Assembly (NCBI GenBank): GCA_964247055.1
Contig: OZ176054.1
Span: 4,402,001-4,466,000 of the forward strand
Source of the DNA: Paragordius varius
Lineage: Eukaryota; Animalia; Nematomorpha
Reading direction: 5' to 3'
Length of the DNA stretch: 64,000 nucleotides
Within the stretch, counting starts at the first letter, position 1; each line of letters begins with the position of its first letter. A model generated the notes under the pieces. It ran no database searches, was not told where the DNA came from, and saw only the letters and a program-made list of their open reading frames with translations. Shown here one piece after another: positions 41,426-54,560 of this stretch. Made by a program: the position numbers and the translations under genes.

Positions 41426-44400
41426 ATGGAAAGTACGGATAAAACCATTTTTTGGCTGGAGCAGGCTAAATACTCTCCTGAAGAAAATGATATTAACACT
41501 GCTTTGGAGAATGTTTTTTTCTATATAAATATAGGCTATTAATAACATAATAAAAGAGCAAACTTATGATACGCATTTATCTGTTTAATTTTATTTTATT
41601 TTTAGAGCATACTTTCTATTAACAATAAGAGCATTAATACCCAATTACTAATTTTAAGATGTGTTGAATTAGCCTGGTTTTAATTATTACATAATTTTAG
41701 CAAACATAATTTTCTTAACATATTAAAGGTTATGGATTTTGTGAACTCCTGCTTGAAAGATTTTCATATTTTAATACTAAAAAGGTTGATTGAGATCATA
41801 ACAGTTTTTTACAAAACTTTTTTTCAAGTATTATATAATACAGTATTAAAGTTTATGGCTTTTTCATCCAGTGATTTTGATGCAAATCAAATTTGGAATT
41901 TCTTAAAAAATTGCAAATCGCAAGTGTTGAGTTTGCACGAAACTGAAAATATTGGTTTATCTACACAGACCATCAAATTTATTGAAATACTTATAATAAT
42001 TCAAAGCTGGTCATCCGCAGTTAAATCTTTTCTATTATTTAAAGGATTCATTTCAAACTAATGTACTTGAATATTCTCTGGATAATATTTCAGAAAATTA
42101 TAAATTTATGCGGTGTTTACAGTTGGAAGAAGAAAGCAAACATTTATTTCAAATGCTTATTAACCATTTAATTAGCATTAATGTTTCCCATTCAAATTTA
42201 ATTACACTGATAGGAAGCCTGACCAATATATCCCTACAGCGTCCCCATTACTTGTCCAAAGTTGTTGCGTCATTTTTATCATTATACAGTATATATGTCA
42301 TCATATTTTATATATAGATAATTTACCACCCACATTATCACGTTCACAAATATATTCGATTAAGAAAAGTCTTAAAAATCGGTTATTAAGTCATTTAAGG
42401 CATCCATCATCGTACGAATTTCACGATGTTATTATGCCAATTTTGTATGAAATGGGTTTATCCCAATACGAAATCAATAGATATGTGCCAAAAAATCGGG
42501 CCAAGCATGTTAAAGCAACTGAACTATACTCCTCGGAGGTTTTCTTCAATAATTTCAAATTAAATATAAATCTTTTAATTGTTTATTATAACTACTATTA
42601 AAATTTGCCATTAATTTATGATTTTTTATTTCCTATTATTTGCTATTAGCAATCGGAAACAGTGAAAACCAATATAAAATTAATGACCAATCTATTATCT
42701 CCCCCGGCTACGGTTGAATTAGTTTTGTACAACATGGTAAATTTACAATAATATTTGTGTAGGAAAAACTGCCAGAAAAAATTCCAAAAGATTTTGTTTC
42801 CATCTATAAACCAGTTCAAAATGCTGGATCAGAACAACAAATTCAATTTTTAGCTAAACTTTTGGTCAAAAAAACAAATTTTGACGCTTATAAGGTGCAG
42901 TAAATATTAGAATTATAAAGATAAAAGAAAGATATAAAATAACTATCTGTAAGATCCTTTTTATTTTTTTATATAACCTAAATTATTATAAAAAATTGTA
43001 GATAATAGACTATATTACCACATCTGTTCCTTATTTTGCTAACTGAAATAGGTTATAGTTTGGATGTCTTTTTCTAAAAAATATTTGTCTTTTTTCATTT
43101 TTATAATTTCAATTTAAAGCAAAACTTAAATACGGACAAAACGTAATAACTAAAAGACAATAAATTTTTTAAATTTAACTATGGTTTTGGGGTTACAATG
43201 GGATTATAGATATAAATTGGTAATACATAATTATATAATTTAAATAATAATTATATATTTTATGTAGTGGTTTTAAAAGTGTGGTTGTTTTTTTTTAAAA
43301 AATATTCTCATTACCTTTTGTAGGTGTATTTATATTTTTTTACTGTATATATCATTTTCATAATATAATAATGATTGAAATATTACTTGGTTATTAGCTT
43401 TGGTAATAATTATTATTCCACCGATTATTAGTGGTAAAATTATTTTGTCTATTTATAAATTATTTTTGTATATATGCATAGAATAATCAAAAACTTCATC
43501 CCAATACCGTACCTATAAAAAATGATTTTTCTGATACCAACAAATCTTTGGCCTCCAAAGCAAGCCTTTTCAAGTTTGATGCGAAATCATTTGATTTACT
43601 GGCTCGTTCGAGCCATATAAAAACTGTTTTAAAAGGAAAAGTCAAACATTCCTATCCAGATTTGTTTGAAAATTTTGATTCAAAATCATTGTTTAACATC
43701 TTATTCCTAAGGATCCTGGAGTGCCCTTGTAAATCAAACGTTGAAATTTTACTGAAAAATACATGGATAATTGATTTAATCGTTACGAAAGATTTATGGT
43801 CGACCACTGATATTACATCGCTAAATTTGGTGAACAGTATTAAATATTTCATTTAATATAAAACAACATAGTATTTATGGAGTATTTGGAAAACGATTTC
43901 AAAGACAATTTTGAATTGTTTATATTTTACATGAAATACATGTACAAGCAATCCATCCTCAATAACAAGGGTTTCGAAGTTTATGATAAATTGTTGGAAC
44001 GTATTTTTACGACAGTCATGGAGAAATACGGTTGTGATGAAGAGTTAATTTTTATGATTTATGTATTGGTAGATTAATTTACAAAATTTTGACACAAATA
44101 CCTCAGATATCCAATAAAATTTTTGATATATTAACTGAATTCTTAACTGATGAAAATGAAGAAATTCATCAGATTATATTGAAAGTAGCCAACGTTCGCC
44201 CTATGTTAAGACGAAAATTAATGGAAAACTTTATTTTACCCAAATTATATAATGAGAATGAAGAATGTAGACGATATATAAACTCGTTGGTTTTAACCTG
44301 CTACGCTGATAAAAAGTATCAAGAATTAATAGAGGTTTTTTGATTTTTTTGTTAACCTACTAGACCTATATTTTCAACAAAATCGCAGAGCTCAATGATG

Positions 44401-46587
44401 ATACATTAGATGACGTATCTGATGATACGATTGAGTTATATTTCAATTCTTACTTTATTTTACTGCCCAAGAATCCAAAATTAATCACAAAACTTTTTAG
44501 CCTTTATGATGAATGCAATGCCAGGGCCAAAAAAGTGTTATTACGTGTTGTTGATACTCCGGTATAATATAATTTGAATATAAAGGTAAAAATTTTGAAT
44601 GGTATTGAATCTCAAGATTTAGTTGATGCACTAAAAGATGAAAGTTGTCAAGCGGGGAAAGATCCACTCATCACACGTCTAATACAAATTATGGCCACAC
44701 TTTATACTGCAGGGACTGTTCACAACACTGGTATTATACTAAACTAATTTTTCATGGCCAGATGCGTATAAAAATAATTTTATTATTTCTATTTTTACGC
44801 ATCGCGCTATAAAAATATTTTCTTAATATTTTAAACAATGTACGTAACACGCTATAAAATATTTCTTATTCATTGGATTCATATATATATATAATGTTAT
44901 TGTAGGACATTTGACACCGTTGAATATGTTAAAAAAACCGTTATCACCCAAACTTGTTAGCTTAGTCAAATACTTGTATTTTGAAACAAAGAGTGTTACC
45001 GACGTTAAAATAACGTTACCAGTTATAAATGGGTTATCTCACGAGGACATCATATCACTCCTCCCTAAATTTATATCCATTAACAATATCAATTTGGTAA
45101 AGGATATACTATTTAAGTGTTGTTCTGTTAGTAATTTATATCCAAATTTGCTGTCACCTACGGAACTTTTTGTAGCCCTTCACGAAATCCAGGTTTCAGC
45201 TTCAAACGAAAAAGGTATGTGTGAAAAAATTTTAATGTATCACATAAAACGGTTTTTTCCATATTTTTTATTGTTATTTGAAGATAAGCAATTATTTAAT
45301 ATTTTAAGCATATTTATTTTGAGTGAAAATACAAAGACTCTCTGTGCAAAACATTACTAGTTTTTCAGAAACTAGGCTTATAAATGTCATTATTGTTAAT
45401 TAAAATATTAGAATATTTTAATTTTTTGTTTACGCAATCTTAACAATGTAATATATTAATTAAAATTTTGGTTTACCGTCAAGCTCTTTTTATTTATAAA
45501 TAATTAACCTTTAGTTTTTGATAATTTTTTGTTAAAATATATAGAATATTAACGTTTTTTATGCAATTTCAAAAAAATTCATTTTAATCAGATAATTCAA
45601 ATATGTGTGACACAAAAAACGTTATTAAAGCAATCAATATATGTTTTGGAAACAAGCGATTATTTAATTCTGATGTTTTGATGCATTCATTGGATTCAAT
45701 GATTAACATTAAACCATTACCCTTATTATTTATGCGAACTGTGATACAATGTGTTGTTCAATATCCACATTTAGTCAACTATGCCATCGATATTTTATTT
45801 AAATTAATACAATTACAGGTAACCAATATTTTTTGTCACGATAAATTTGGACTCTTTTACATAATTTAGGTAAATATATATGTAAATCATGGTTCTAGAA
45901 ATACAGGTTTAAGCAAAAAATGACTAAGAGAGTTTAAATGACCAAATTTGATGTGGTTTATTACTATATATTCAGGTTTACCAAGTGTATTTCCAATCTA
46001 TATTTTTTGTTTTTAATTATACAATAGAGTTTATTCCTCATTTAAAATGTCATTGGGCCTATTTCTAATAATACCAGCAACAATATCGATATTTAATATA
46101 AAATTATAAATTTTAACATTTAATTATGTTTTAATGCGAAAAAATATTATTATTTTATTGTTATTTACATGTTTTTTGAACAACCATTTATTTAAGAGTT
46201 TTTATTTTAAAAAATTTATAGTGGTATGCAATTTTCTCATTTATTAATTTATTTTGCTATAACATTCTATTTTTGGTAATAAAACGACATATAAATTGTT
46301 CATTAATCATTATTTATCATTTATTTACATTTAAAGGTATGGAATCAAAAACAGGCATGGATAGGTTTTGTTAAATGTTGTGAAAAAATTTTACCACGAT
46401 CAATATGTGTCTTATTGTCATTGCATGAAAAACAATTTATAAATGTGTTAGAAATGGCCCCACAGTTAAGAGAACCATTGAAAGAATATTATAATAATTT
46501 GTCGAGAGAAAAGGTTTGTTTTTTCCTATACATATTTTTTAGCAAAAACAAATTCCCATATACATTGTTGATGAAATAAATAACTAA
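41426..46587 (+). CDS. SYMPK: Symplekin (scaffold of the cleavage/polyadenylation complex)
   Basis: N-terminal HEAT region ([32 protein letters not shown]), [73 protein letters not shown]. Stop TAA at 46585-46587. Confidence 0.9.
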
Positions 46588-47687
46588 CCCTTTATGATTT
46601 GTATTACATCTTCATCATTAAGTATATGTTCTTTTCCAACTCTTTGTGGGTTGTGTTTAACCGAGCTACCCCAAACTTGGGCATATTTAAATTGAGCAAG
46701 TATAGTTTTGTGGATACTATTACAAAAATCTTCCACTGTGCGCGATTTTTGTTTTAAAATGACAGGACTGTTATAATCAGGTATTTGCCCTTTTGGTTTA
46801 GTATATATCCGTAAAAGCTTCATATATTCCCACATAGTTTCTAAAAGTTCATCAAAATTCCACTTTAGATGAGCAGATATTGGAACACAATGGGGGAGTT
46901 GTGATAGAATGTTTAATTCTTCCAAGGAAATGTCATCTATTTTGTTTAGCACATAAATACAGGGTATATAAACTCTATTACCCTCTATAACATCGATAAA
47001 TTCGTCAGTAGTTACATCAGTACGAAAGGTAATATCGGCATTGTGTATCTTATATTCACCCAATATATTTTTTACCTGGTCATAATCGAGTTCTGATTGC
47101 GGTACTAATGCATTGAAATTAATACCACCACCAATTTTATCTTTGCGTTTAAAGCTAATGGGAGGAGGACTTTTATTTAATCGTATGCCGAAACCATCCA
47201 GTTCTTTTTCCAACAATAATTTGTGTTTGAGCGGTTTTGTAACATCGAGTATCATTAAAATTAAATCACACGTTCTTGCTACAGCTATGACTTGTTTACC
47301 TCTGCCTTTTCCATCTTTCGCGCCTTCAATTATGCCAGGAAGATCAAGCAGTTGAATTCTGGCACCCTTATACTTTACGACACCTGGTACGGTAGTGAGT
47401 GTTGTAAACTCATAAGCTGCAACTTCGGAATAAACGCCAGCCAAGTTAGAGAGAAGCGTACTTTTACCAACCGATGGAAAACCCACAAAACCGACACGAG
47501 AATCTCCAGTTTTAGCGACATCAAATCCTTCGCCAGTGCCACCACCGCCTGATTTAGGCGTAATAAGTTCTCTTCGTAGTTTTGCTAATCTAGCTTTCAG
47601 AATTCCCAGATGACCCATTGTAGCTTTATTTCTTTGCGTACGAGCCATCTCATTTTCAATTTCACTAATTTTTTCCAACACGCCCAT
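46584..47687 (-). CDS. DRG1: Developmentally regulated GTP-binding protein 1 (intronless, 367 aa)
   Basis: [60 protein letters not shown]-terminal TGS domain. Confidence 0.98.
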   Translation of the reverse strand: MGVLEKISEIENEMARTQRNKATMGHLGILKARLAKLRRELITPKSGGGGTGEGFDVAKTGDSRVGFVGFPSVGKSTLLSNLAGVYSEVAAYEFTTLTTVPGVVKYKGARIQLLDLPGIIEGAKDGKGRGKQVIAVARTCDLILMILDVTKPLKHKLLLEKELDGFGIRLNKSPPPISFKRKDKIGGGINFNALVPQSELDYDQVKNILGEYKIHNADITFRTDVTTDEFIDVIEGNRVYIPCIYVLNKIDDISLEELNILSQLPHCVPISAHLKWNFDELLETMWEYMKLLRIYTKPKGQIPDYNSPVILKQKSRTVEDFCNSIHKTILAQFKYAQVWGSSVKHNPQRVGKEHILNDEDVIQIIKG

Positions 47688-47819
47688 GCTGATATTTGAT
47701 TGTATGAAAACGTATGTGCAATCACCGCATGAAATCTTTCTTTTTTCGGTTTATAAAGTAATGCAATACTTATAAATATATAAAATATAAAAATATGGTA
47801 TTGTAGCTGCTTTTATTAC

Positions 47820-48830
47820 CACTTCAATTTGAATGGTATTTAAATGCCCGGGACTATATTTAATTTTTCAAAAACTACAGAAGGAAAATCCAATTAATTT
47901 ATGCTTCTAAAATAAATTATATATAAGCCGAATTTCTTAATAAATTGTGTTTACAAAAATTATTCCATATTAAACTACTTCGACGCTATTTTTACAAAAT
48001 AGCGTGCAAAATATCGTGTTATAAAATTTTTTTGGATACAACTTCATTTTAGTTTTTAGGATCATATTAGGGTAGTAAAATTAAATATTTTGAAAATTTA
48101 CATTGAAACTTTGGGAAAAATTTGCACTTGTAAATTAATGAACCAAAACATAAACAAAATTTATTTAAAATTGATATTACTTATTCAGAGGTTAAACCCA
48201 AGGGTTTAATTTTAGCCAAGTGCATAAGCTAAATATAAAAATAAAGCAAATATCAATGATGCGATTTTAATAAAAAGGTAAATAAAATTTTAGGCTTAGA
48301 ATCAAATAAACACGATATTTTGTTGCCGTTTAAGTAGTTTGATAACGGAACTTTTGTCAAAAATTAAATTTAGATATTTTGGCCTCTTTTTATTATTTTC
48401 TTATAATAGAAGCATAAATTTAAACTCTTTATGGTATTTTTTTAAAAATATTAACGTAATTATTGTCTGTGGTATTTCGATACCCCAATTGGAGTTGAAG
48501 TATTAAAGTTAAAATGAATTATTTTTTATTTTTATCACATCTAACATTGATAAAAACAGAAAAAGCTTTATTTTGTATAATTTTTACATTTAGCTAAGGC
48601 TCACATGTCATGTTGACTAAATCTTTACCTTTGTGATTTGTGTTAAATTAAGTAATATAAATTATTTTGAATATTTTTTTTATTTCAGTTTATTCTTGTT
48701 AGATAGTGTTAATCTTTGCCATGGTTTCGATTTTCCATGTTTTTTAATTTATATTTAGGGGCATCCACCGGCCCCAATTCGAATCGAAGGACTGAAATAG
48801 AGTATTTTATTCAGTCAAAAAATTTAAATG
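47820..48830 (+). mobile_element. Family A MITE (copy A3) carrying a nested reverse family A copy (about 48090-48502)
   Basis: 47820-48030 and 48505-48830 join to a + copy. The insert is a reverse-complement A copy ending GAGTTGAAGTA|TTAA. Confidence 0.65.
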
Positions 48831-49094
48831 TTATTTATAAATCAATAATGTGAAGGATATTTATATGTATTGCAAAATAATTTAAACGACTTTATCTTAA
48901 AATATGGGCTGCTACTACGATTTCAAAAAACTCTTCTCTACCTGAACCTTATAAGGCATTTTAGTATGGATTTAGTTTATAATGTGACCAGCTATTTTGA
49001 ACCTTGACGCAGTACAAAATTTAAACATACTTTGCCTGTTTTTACACCATCGGTGTAGTATATTACACAGTTTCCACAAAAAAACATCCTGATG

Positions 49095-49097
<3 letters not shown>

Positions 49098-49124
<27 letters not shown>
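49098..49124. repeat. (AT)n microsatellite
   Basis: About 13 AT units. Confidence 0.95.
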
Positions 49125-49125
<1 letters not shown>

Positions 49126-49580
49126 CTAGAAGGAAAATATCAGGATTTTCATGGTGCTTTTGGTTCTTTACGAGTTATTAAAGAAAGTTATTTACACTTT
49201 TGTGGCAAGTGCTCCGTATAAAATTGCAAAAGGTGTGCAATTTTTTCAAAAACATTTTGTGTTCAAAACTAAATGCTTTATAACAAAAATATCATTAAAA
49301 TATAACATAACTACATATGAAAAGCAGTATTTAAACATTTTGTTAGTTGTGGGCTCTGAAAGTCCCAAATTTTTTAGCACTTTTAAAATGGACTCTTCTC
49401 TTAAATATAACGCAAAAATTCGGACATTTTGCAATTATTTTAAATATATGCTAAATTTTGATATAAATTGAATGTATTTTTTGAAAAATGCATACTTTCA
49501 AATTTAATTTTTAGCAAAATTTTGTTGAAGCGTACTTCATATTATTAACAGGATGATGGAAACGATATAAACGGTTGAGA
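49125..49580 (+). repeat. Family C dispersed repeat, most complete copy
   Basis: Matches 7520-7745, 31560-31771 plus 34663-34910, and 35040-35510. Confidence 0.65.
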
Positions 49581-50789
49581 TGTTATAACACTTATATATA
49601 TAATTCGATGCCATTTTTCTCACTCAGAATCAAAAATTGTTCATTTTTAAATATATGTTAAATAAAAATTGTGTTTTTTTTAAAAAAATTCACCAAAATT
49701 TGCAAGCCAGCAAACTTTTAAAGTAAAATTCTGAAACTATAGTAAAGTTCAACATAATCGAATTAGAAAAGGGTTTTATTATATTAAAGCGAGTACGCGT
49801 CAACAAAATATATCAAATTTGTTGGTGCAAAAAATAAGAAACTCATAAAAATTGAAATTTAGGAAAAAAATTAAGAAATATCATACCTCCGACCTAATGA
49901 GTGTGGAAAATGTAAAAAAACTGTTAATTTTTTAATATAAAAAAAGGTTTTCGATATCATGTGCCATATATAATAAATTTTAAATAATATGTTACTATAA
50001 TAAAAAATGAACTTTCTAAACTTGTTCAAACATTTATTCAAATATCATTAATTAATTTTGTTACTTTTTAATTTTGAGGCACCTCTTTTTGCGGAAGCTC
50101 TTAGTAAAAGAGCTACCCTGAATCTTACGGTAGAGTTCGAGATTTATAGTTTCGCTATTGCGGGAAAGGTTGAATCATAAGTTTTATGTATGATTTGAGC
50201 TGAAAGTGAAATATTAACCAATTAAAAATAGGCCAATCTAAGTTTTTACCGCAAAATGAACCATTTCTTTACACATTATGGCGTTATTTTTACAGAGGTT
50301 ACTATATCAAATTCTAAAATAATTTTTTAAATAAAAAAAGCTAATTAATATATATTCCTAAAAAATTATTTTTTAATTTCAAAAAGCAGTGTTATTCAGT
50401 AATGTATTGCGAAAAACAGCCTATCTGGTCACATTTTTATTGCCAAATAAATCATGTTTTATCAAATAATTCCGCCAAATTATGAGTTATTTACTTATCG
50501 GATTTACAGGTGTAATTCTAACCTTCAGCATGAATATATACCATCTTTGGAAAATAATTTGCTTAGTATAATAATATTATCATAGGTTTAATATAAAACT
50601 TTGATTAAAAAAGTTAAAAATGCAATGTATAGGATATATATTTGTTTGTATAGCATTTATATATTTGATTTATCATCACAGATAAGTTCATAAAGTTTGA
50701 ATTATCTTTTGAAATACTCGTATATACCAGAGCGTAAGAAATTTGGATATCTTTAAAATTATTAAAAATATCATTAAAGAAACATATAG

Positions 50790-51010
50790 ATATGATACCG
50801 GAACTTACCAAATAGTTTTAGATCAGAATTAAAGGATAGGAGAATAATTAGACAATAAATGTAATTCCGAATAAACATGGGGATCGATAAAAATGTGATT
50901 ACTGAGGTGCAAAGGTTTAAGAGGAAAGATAACAAAAGGATTCTTGAAAAGAGATAGGAGAAAAGCAGAAATATAAATGAAAAGGTAGATATGTTAATGT
51001 AATAAAATTA
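50790..51010 (+). mobile_element. Decayed RTE LINE fragment related to 63800-64000
   Basis: GATATGA..C.GAAC.T.CCAAATAGTTTTAG...TGTA..TC.GAA.AA..ATGGGGA.CGATAAAAA...AAGAGGAAAGATAACAAA is shared. Confidence 0.65.
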
Positions 51011-51359
51011 TTGCAATAAAGGAAACGGAGATAAATTGATAAAACAGTGTTCACTCAAAACAATGTCTTTAACTTTTCTTTTGCGCGATTATGCACAGGC
51101 TCAAATATGTACCTATAAACATAAAATAGGCCGTGTAAAGTCCCTTATTAAAGTTACTATTAAAATATCATTGATTTAGATCTTTAAAATCTTCATAAAA
51201 ATGTATAAAAAAATTTCGCTATCTATATATTAATAAAAATAAGAGGTGTGAGCTTTGATCTAGGCTTGGGAAAAACAGATAAGCCTATTCCGATTCCAAG
51301 GTAAAATATATTTAATCCTTTATTGATATGTCGACAGTGACTGTCTTTTTTTGAATGAA

Positions 51360-54300
51360 GCTATGAGCTCAGCTTCACCTCGTGTAAAAATCACTTTTTT
51401 GAAAAAACGGGAGTTCCCAAAATTTTAAGTTTGAACGATGTGTACAGAAAACGTGTGGACCCACTAGTTTCAATAGTGTTAAAATTTACGCACCGAGGGT
51501 CACTTTGCCCTTTTTTGAAAACTCCCTTAGTTTAGCAATACACTATTAAAAATTGGGATTTTGGAATTGTTGGCTTTTTAACACAATGCTGAAAAATGTG
51601 TGGGCACAGTCAGTTTAAAGCTTTTTTAAATCGTTTTACAGTTGCAAGTGACTAAGCGCTTTTTTTATATTAGGCCCACATTTTGAGCCCATTTAAGGTA
51701 AAAATAGGGGATTTAAGATAATATAGACCAGTATTCAAACCGCGGCCCGCGGGCCGCATGCGGCCCTAAGAGTGCTTCAAAATTGCCCTATGACCATATT
51801 AATACTTATATTATTTTTTTAACACATAAACGAATTTTCGATTATTTTTATACTAATTTATTTTCTTTAGATTTAATTTTGGTAGTTTTTTTTACCCAAT
51901 TCGAAATGTAAAAAATTTCCCCACTAAAATAATTTCAAAAATTTGGCACACGTTGTTTCTGTTTCTGTTTCTGTATTCTATTTTCTTTTCTATTTTGAAA
52001 TTTTTACTGCATTCCTTTTTGTATTTAAGCAAGCCTTTCACCCAAACTTGCATATACATATTCTTTTCACAGCTATCCTGCCTCATTTTTTATAACTCAT
52101 TCCCATAAAATATTTTTCCAATAAACATCATTAATTTTCAACGTTTTTTTATAGCGTAATTTAAATTATATACGTATTTTTTGAAAAAATTTACATAATA
52201 ATTAAACATAAATTCAAAGGATGACATCTAATGCTAAAAAACGTAAATTATCCGATGAAAATCGCCTTTTAAAAAAGAATGGGAAGAAAAATTCTTTGTC
52301 GTTTAAAATAAAAATGTTGTTACCTGCCTTATATGTAAGGACAACATAATTAAAAATACAATATTGAAAGAATTTTACAATCCATGTTTTTCATAAATTA
52401 CCAGAAAATCATGAGGAAAAACGAAAAATATAAAAAGATTAAGGAATTATACCAGAAAGGAAAATCTATTATGTCCATAGCTTTCTCCCAGGAAAAAGTT
52501 GTATAATTCGTATGAAATTTGTTATATTTTAGGAAAAAATTTGAAATCGGTTACTGATTCCCAACTAAAAGAATGTCTAATAAATGGTTGCACTTTTTTA
52601 TTTCATAAATTCCATGTAAAGATCAAATCATGAGGCAAAACTTTATGCAACATGTGCACGACGCATTAAAGATATGTCTTAATATATTTTTAACAATACA
52701 TTATTGGCTCTGAAAAACTGCAAATATTTTAGTAAAGCTATTGATTCTAGCACTGATATTCGTACAACACCTCAATGTGCGCTCTTCGTAAGATTTTGCA
52801 ACGACAACATAATCACGATAAATATTTAAAATTTTTACCAATGAATAATACCACGAAAGGAAGTGATTTTCTCGAAATAATTAACACTTTTTTCGATAAT
52901 AATGGTATATCTATAAAAAATTGGTTTCGATCTGCACAGATGGCTGTCCCTCTATGATTGGAATAACCAAAGGATTTACTCCTCTTTTGAAAAAACGATT
53001 ATAATTTACAAAATATTTTATCCTTTTACTGCTTTATTCATCAGCAAAACTCGGTTTCGCGTGTAAAAGATGAATCACTCAATTCAGTAATTAAAACGGT
53101 TGTTTAAATAGTCAACCACATCCGTGGCAGAGAATTCAACCGCCGTAAATTCAAAAACCTTCTGAAGGATATCCACAGTGAGTTTGATTATATGCTTTTG
53201 TACACCGCTGTGAGATGGCTAAGCCTTAGCAAAGTATTAATAGATTTTTTGTATTAAGACATGAAACTCTATTATTTATAAAAGATAACAGAAAGTTTGA
53301 CGAGGAAATTAATAGTGACATATGGTGGGTTTTATTAGTCTACCTTTGCGACATTACTTATAAACTTTTTTAATACGTCGTCAAGGAAGCAAAATAATAA
53401 CTTAATTTGCTAATCTTTTAAAAGTTAATAATATAAACTAGATTTTATAAGTTAAACACTCCTATATTTTCCAACACTTAAAACGATTCATGAAGAATAT
53501 ATGGAATTTAGCAGATTAATTTAATAATAGATGATTTGACATTTTTATCTAATGATATATAATTCCAATTTCAAAAATTAAGATATATTAAAAATTGCTT
53601 AAAATTCGTTGAAAATCCATGGCATATGAATATATTCAATATTAAACAACTTGAGCATTTCGGTTTTGATAAGGCGCATATCATTGAAACTTCGTAGGTT
53701 TTGAAAATTCCGATTTGGGTATTAAAAGAGAATCGCAGAGAAGAAAGATATGTAGAGTTTTGGCAAAATGTGCCAAATAAATATGAAAATATAAAAAAAT
53801 GTGCTCAAGTTATCCTAACTCTTTTTCCCTCAACTTATATGTGTGAGACGTCATATTCAAAAATAAAATATGTCAAGAATACATACAGAAACCGCTTAAC
53901 CGATGTTCATATGGAGGACGTATTAAGATTGGCCTGTCATGAGGTGAAGCCAAATTTGTCAAAAAATATTGGTTAATTTCGAAATTAAAATTGTTATCGA
54001 ATTATTTTAATTTTTTAAACTAAATGGTAAACCAGTTTTTAGCTGGATTTACATGCGATCCGCAAAAATTTCATTGTGCTGATTTAGAGTATAAATATGT
54101 GCATATGTGTAAAATAGCTATGGAATATTTGCCATTATAAGGTTCATGGCCCTCAAAAAAAATATATTTTATTTGGCCCGTCAATTTTTTTTTTGGTGAG
54201 TACCACTGATATAGACATTGAAGCCATTTTTTGGAAAGCTTTTAGGCCCAGGCAAATTAAAAATCGACTTTTTAAATTGTTTTGCAATTGCGCCGAGGGT

Positions 54301-54560
54301 GAGTAAACCCTTAATTAGCCGTCCAGCAACACCCGTGTAAAAATGGGTTTTTTAATAAATAATGGTTTTAAAGTATTTTCCGAAAAGCGTATAGGCGCAT
54401 TCAGTTTGAATGTACTTTTTTACATTTAGCCTCTCAGTTCCGGCCCGCCCATGTAAAAATAGTTTTTTTGAACAATTTCTGACTTTGAAATACGATCCTT
54501 GAAAATGTGAAGAACAGACCCGTTTTTAAATTAGCCCCTTATTTCAGCCCCGCCAGTGAT
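51360..54560. repeat. Family D diverged array with a unit of about 190 bp (51360-51720 and 54217-54560), split by the Buster hAT
   Basis: C(C)GTGTAAAAAT..TTTTT, GAAAA(C)GTGTGG(G)C.CA.TCAGTTT and CAATTG(C)GCCGAGGGT recur. Confidence 0.55.
51729..54208 (+). mobile_element. hAT Buster/Charlie-type transposon with degenerate transposase
   Basis: Perfect 8-bp TSD ATATAGAC (51721-51728, 54209-54216). Ends CAGTATTCAAACCGCGGCCCGCGGGCCGCATGCGGCCC / GAGTACCACTG. Fragments AKKRKLSDENR, AIDSSTD, YCFIHQQ, YTAVRWLS, FPSTYMCETSYS..K.VK..YRNRLTD. Confidence 0.93.

Noticed and set aside
47113-47552. Plus-strand ORFs 47113-47355 and 47292-47552 (likewise 27411, 43652, 58385, 58610, 63366)
   Set aside because: Antisense shadows of real CDSs (DRG1, GCN2, SYMPK, VPS16, LINE).
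7538-49471. ORFs 7538-7744, 31584-31808, 49151-49471 and 49246-49434
   Set aside because: All fall in family C repeats, and the frames are not conserved between copies.
48983-50436. ATGTGACCAG / CTGGTCACAT inverted pair suggesting a second Blackjack-like element
   Set aside because: No convincing 8-bp TSD and no transposase between the ends.
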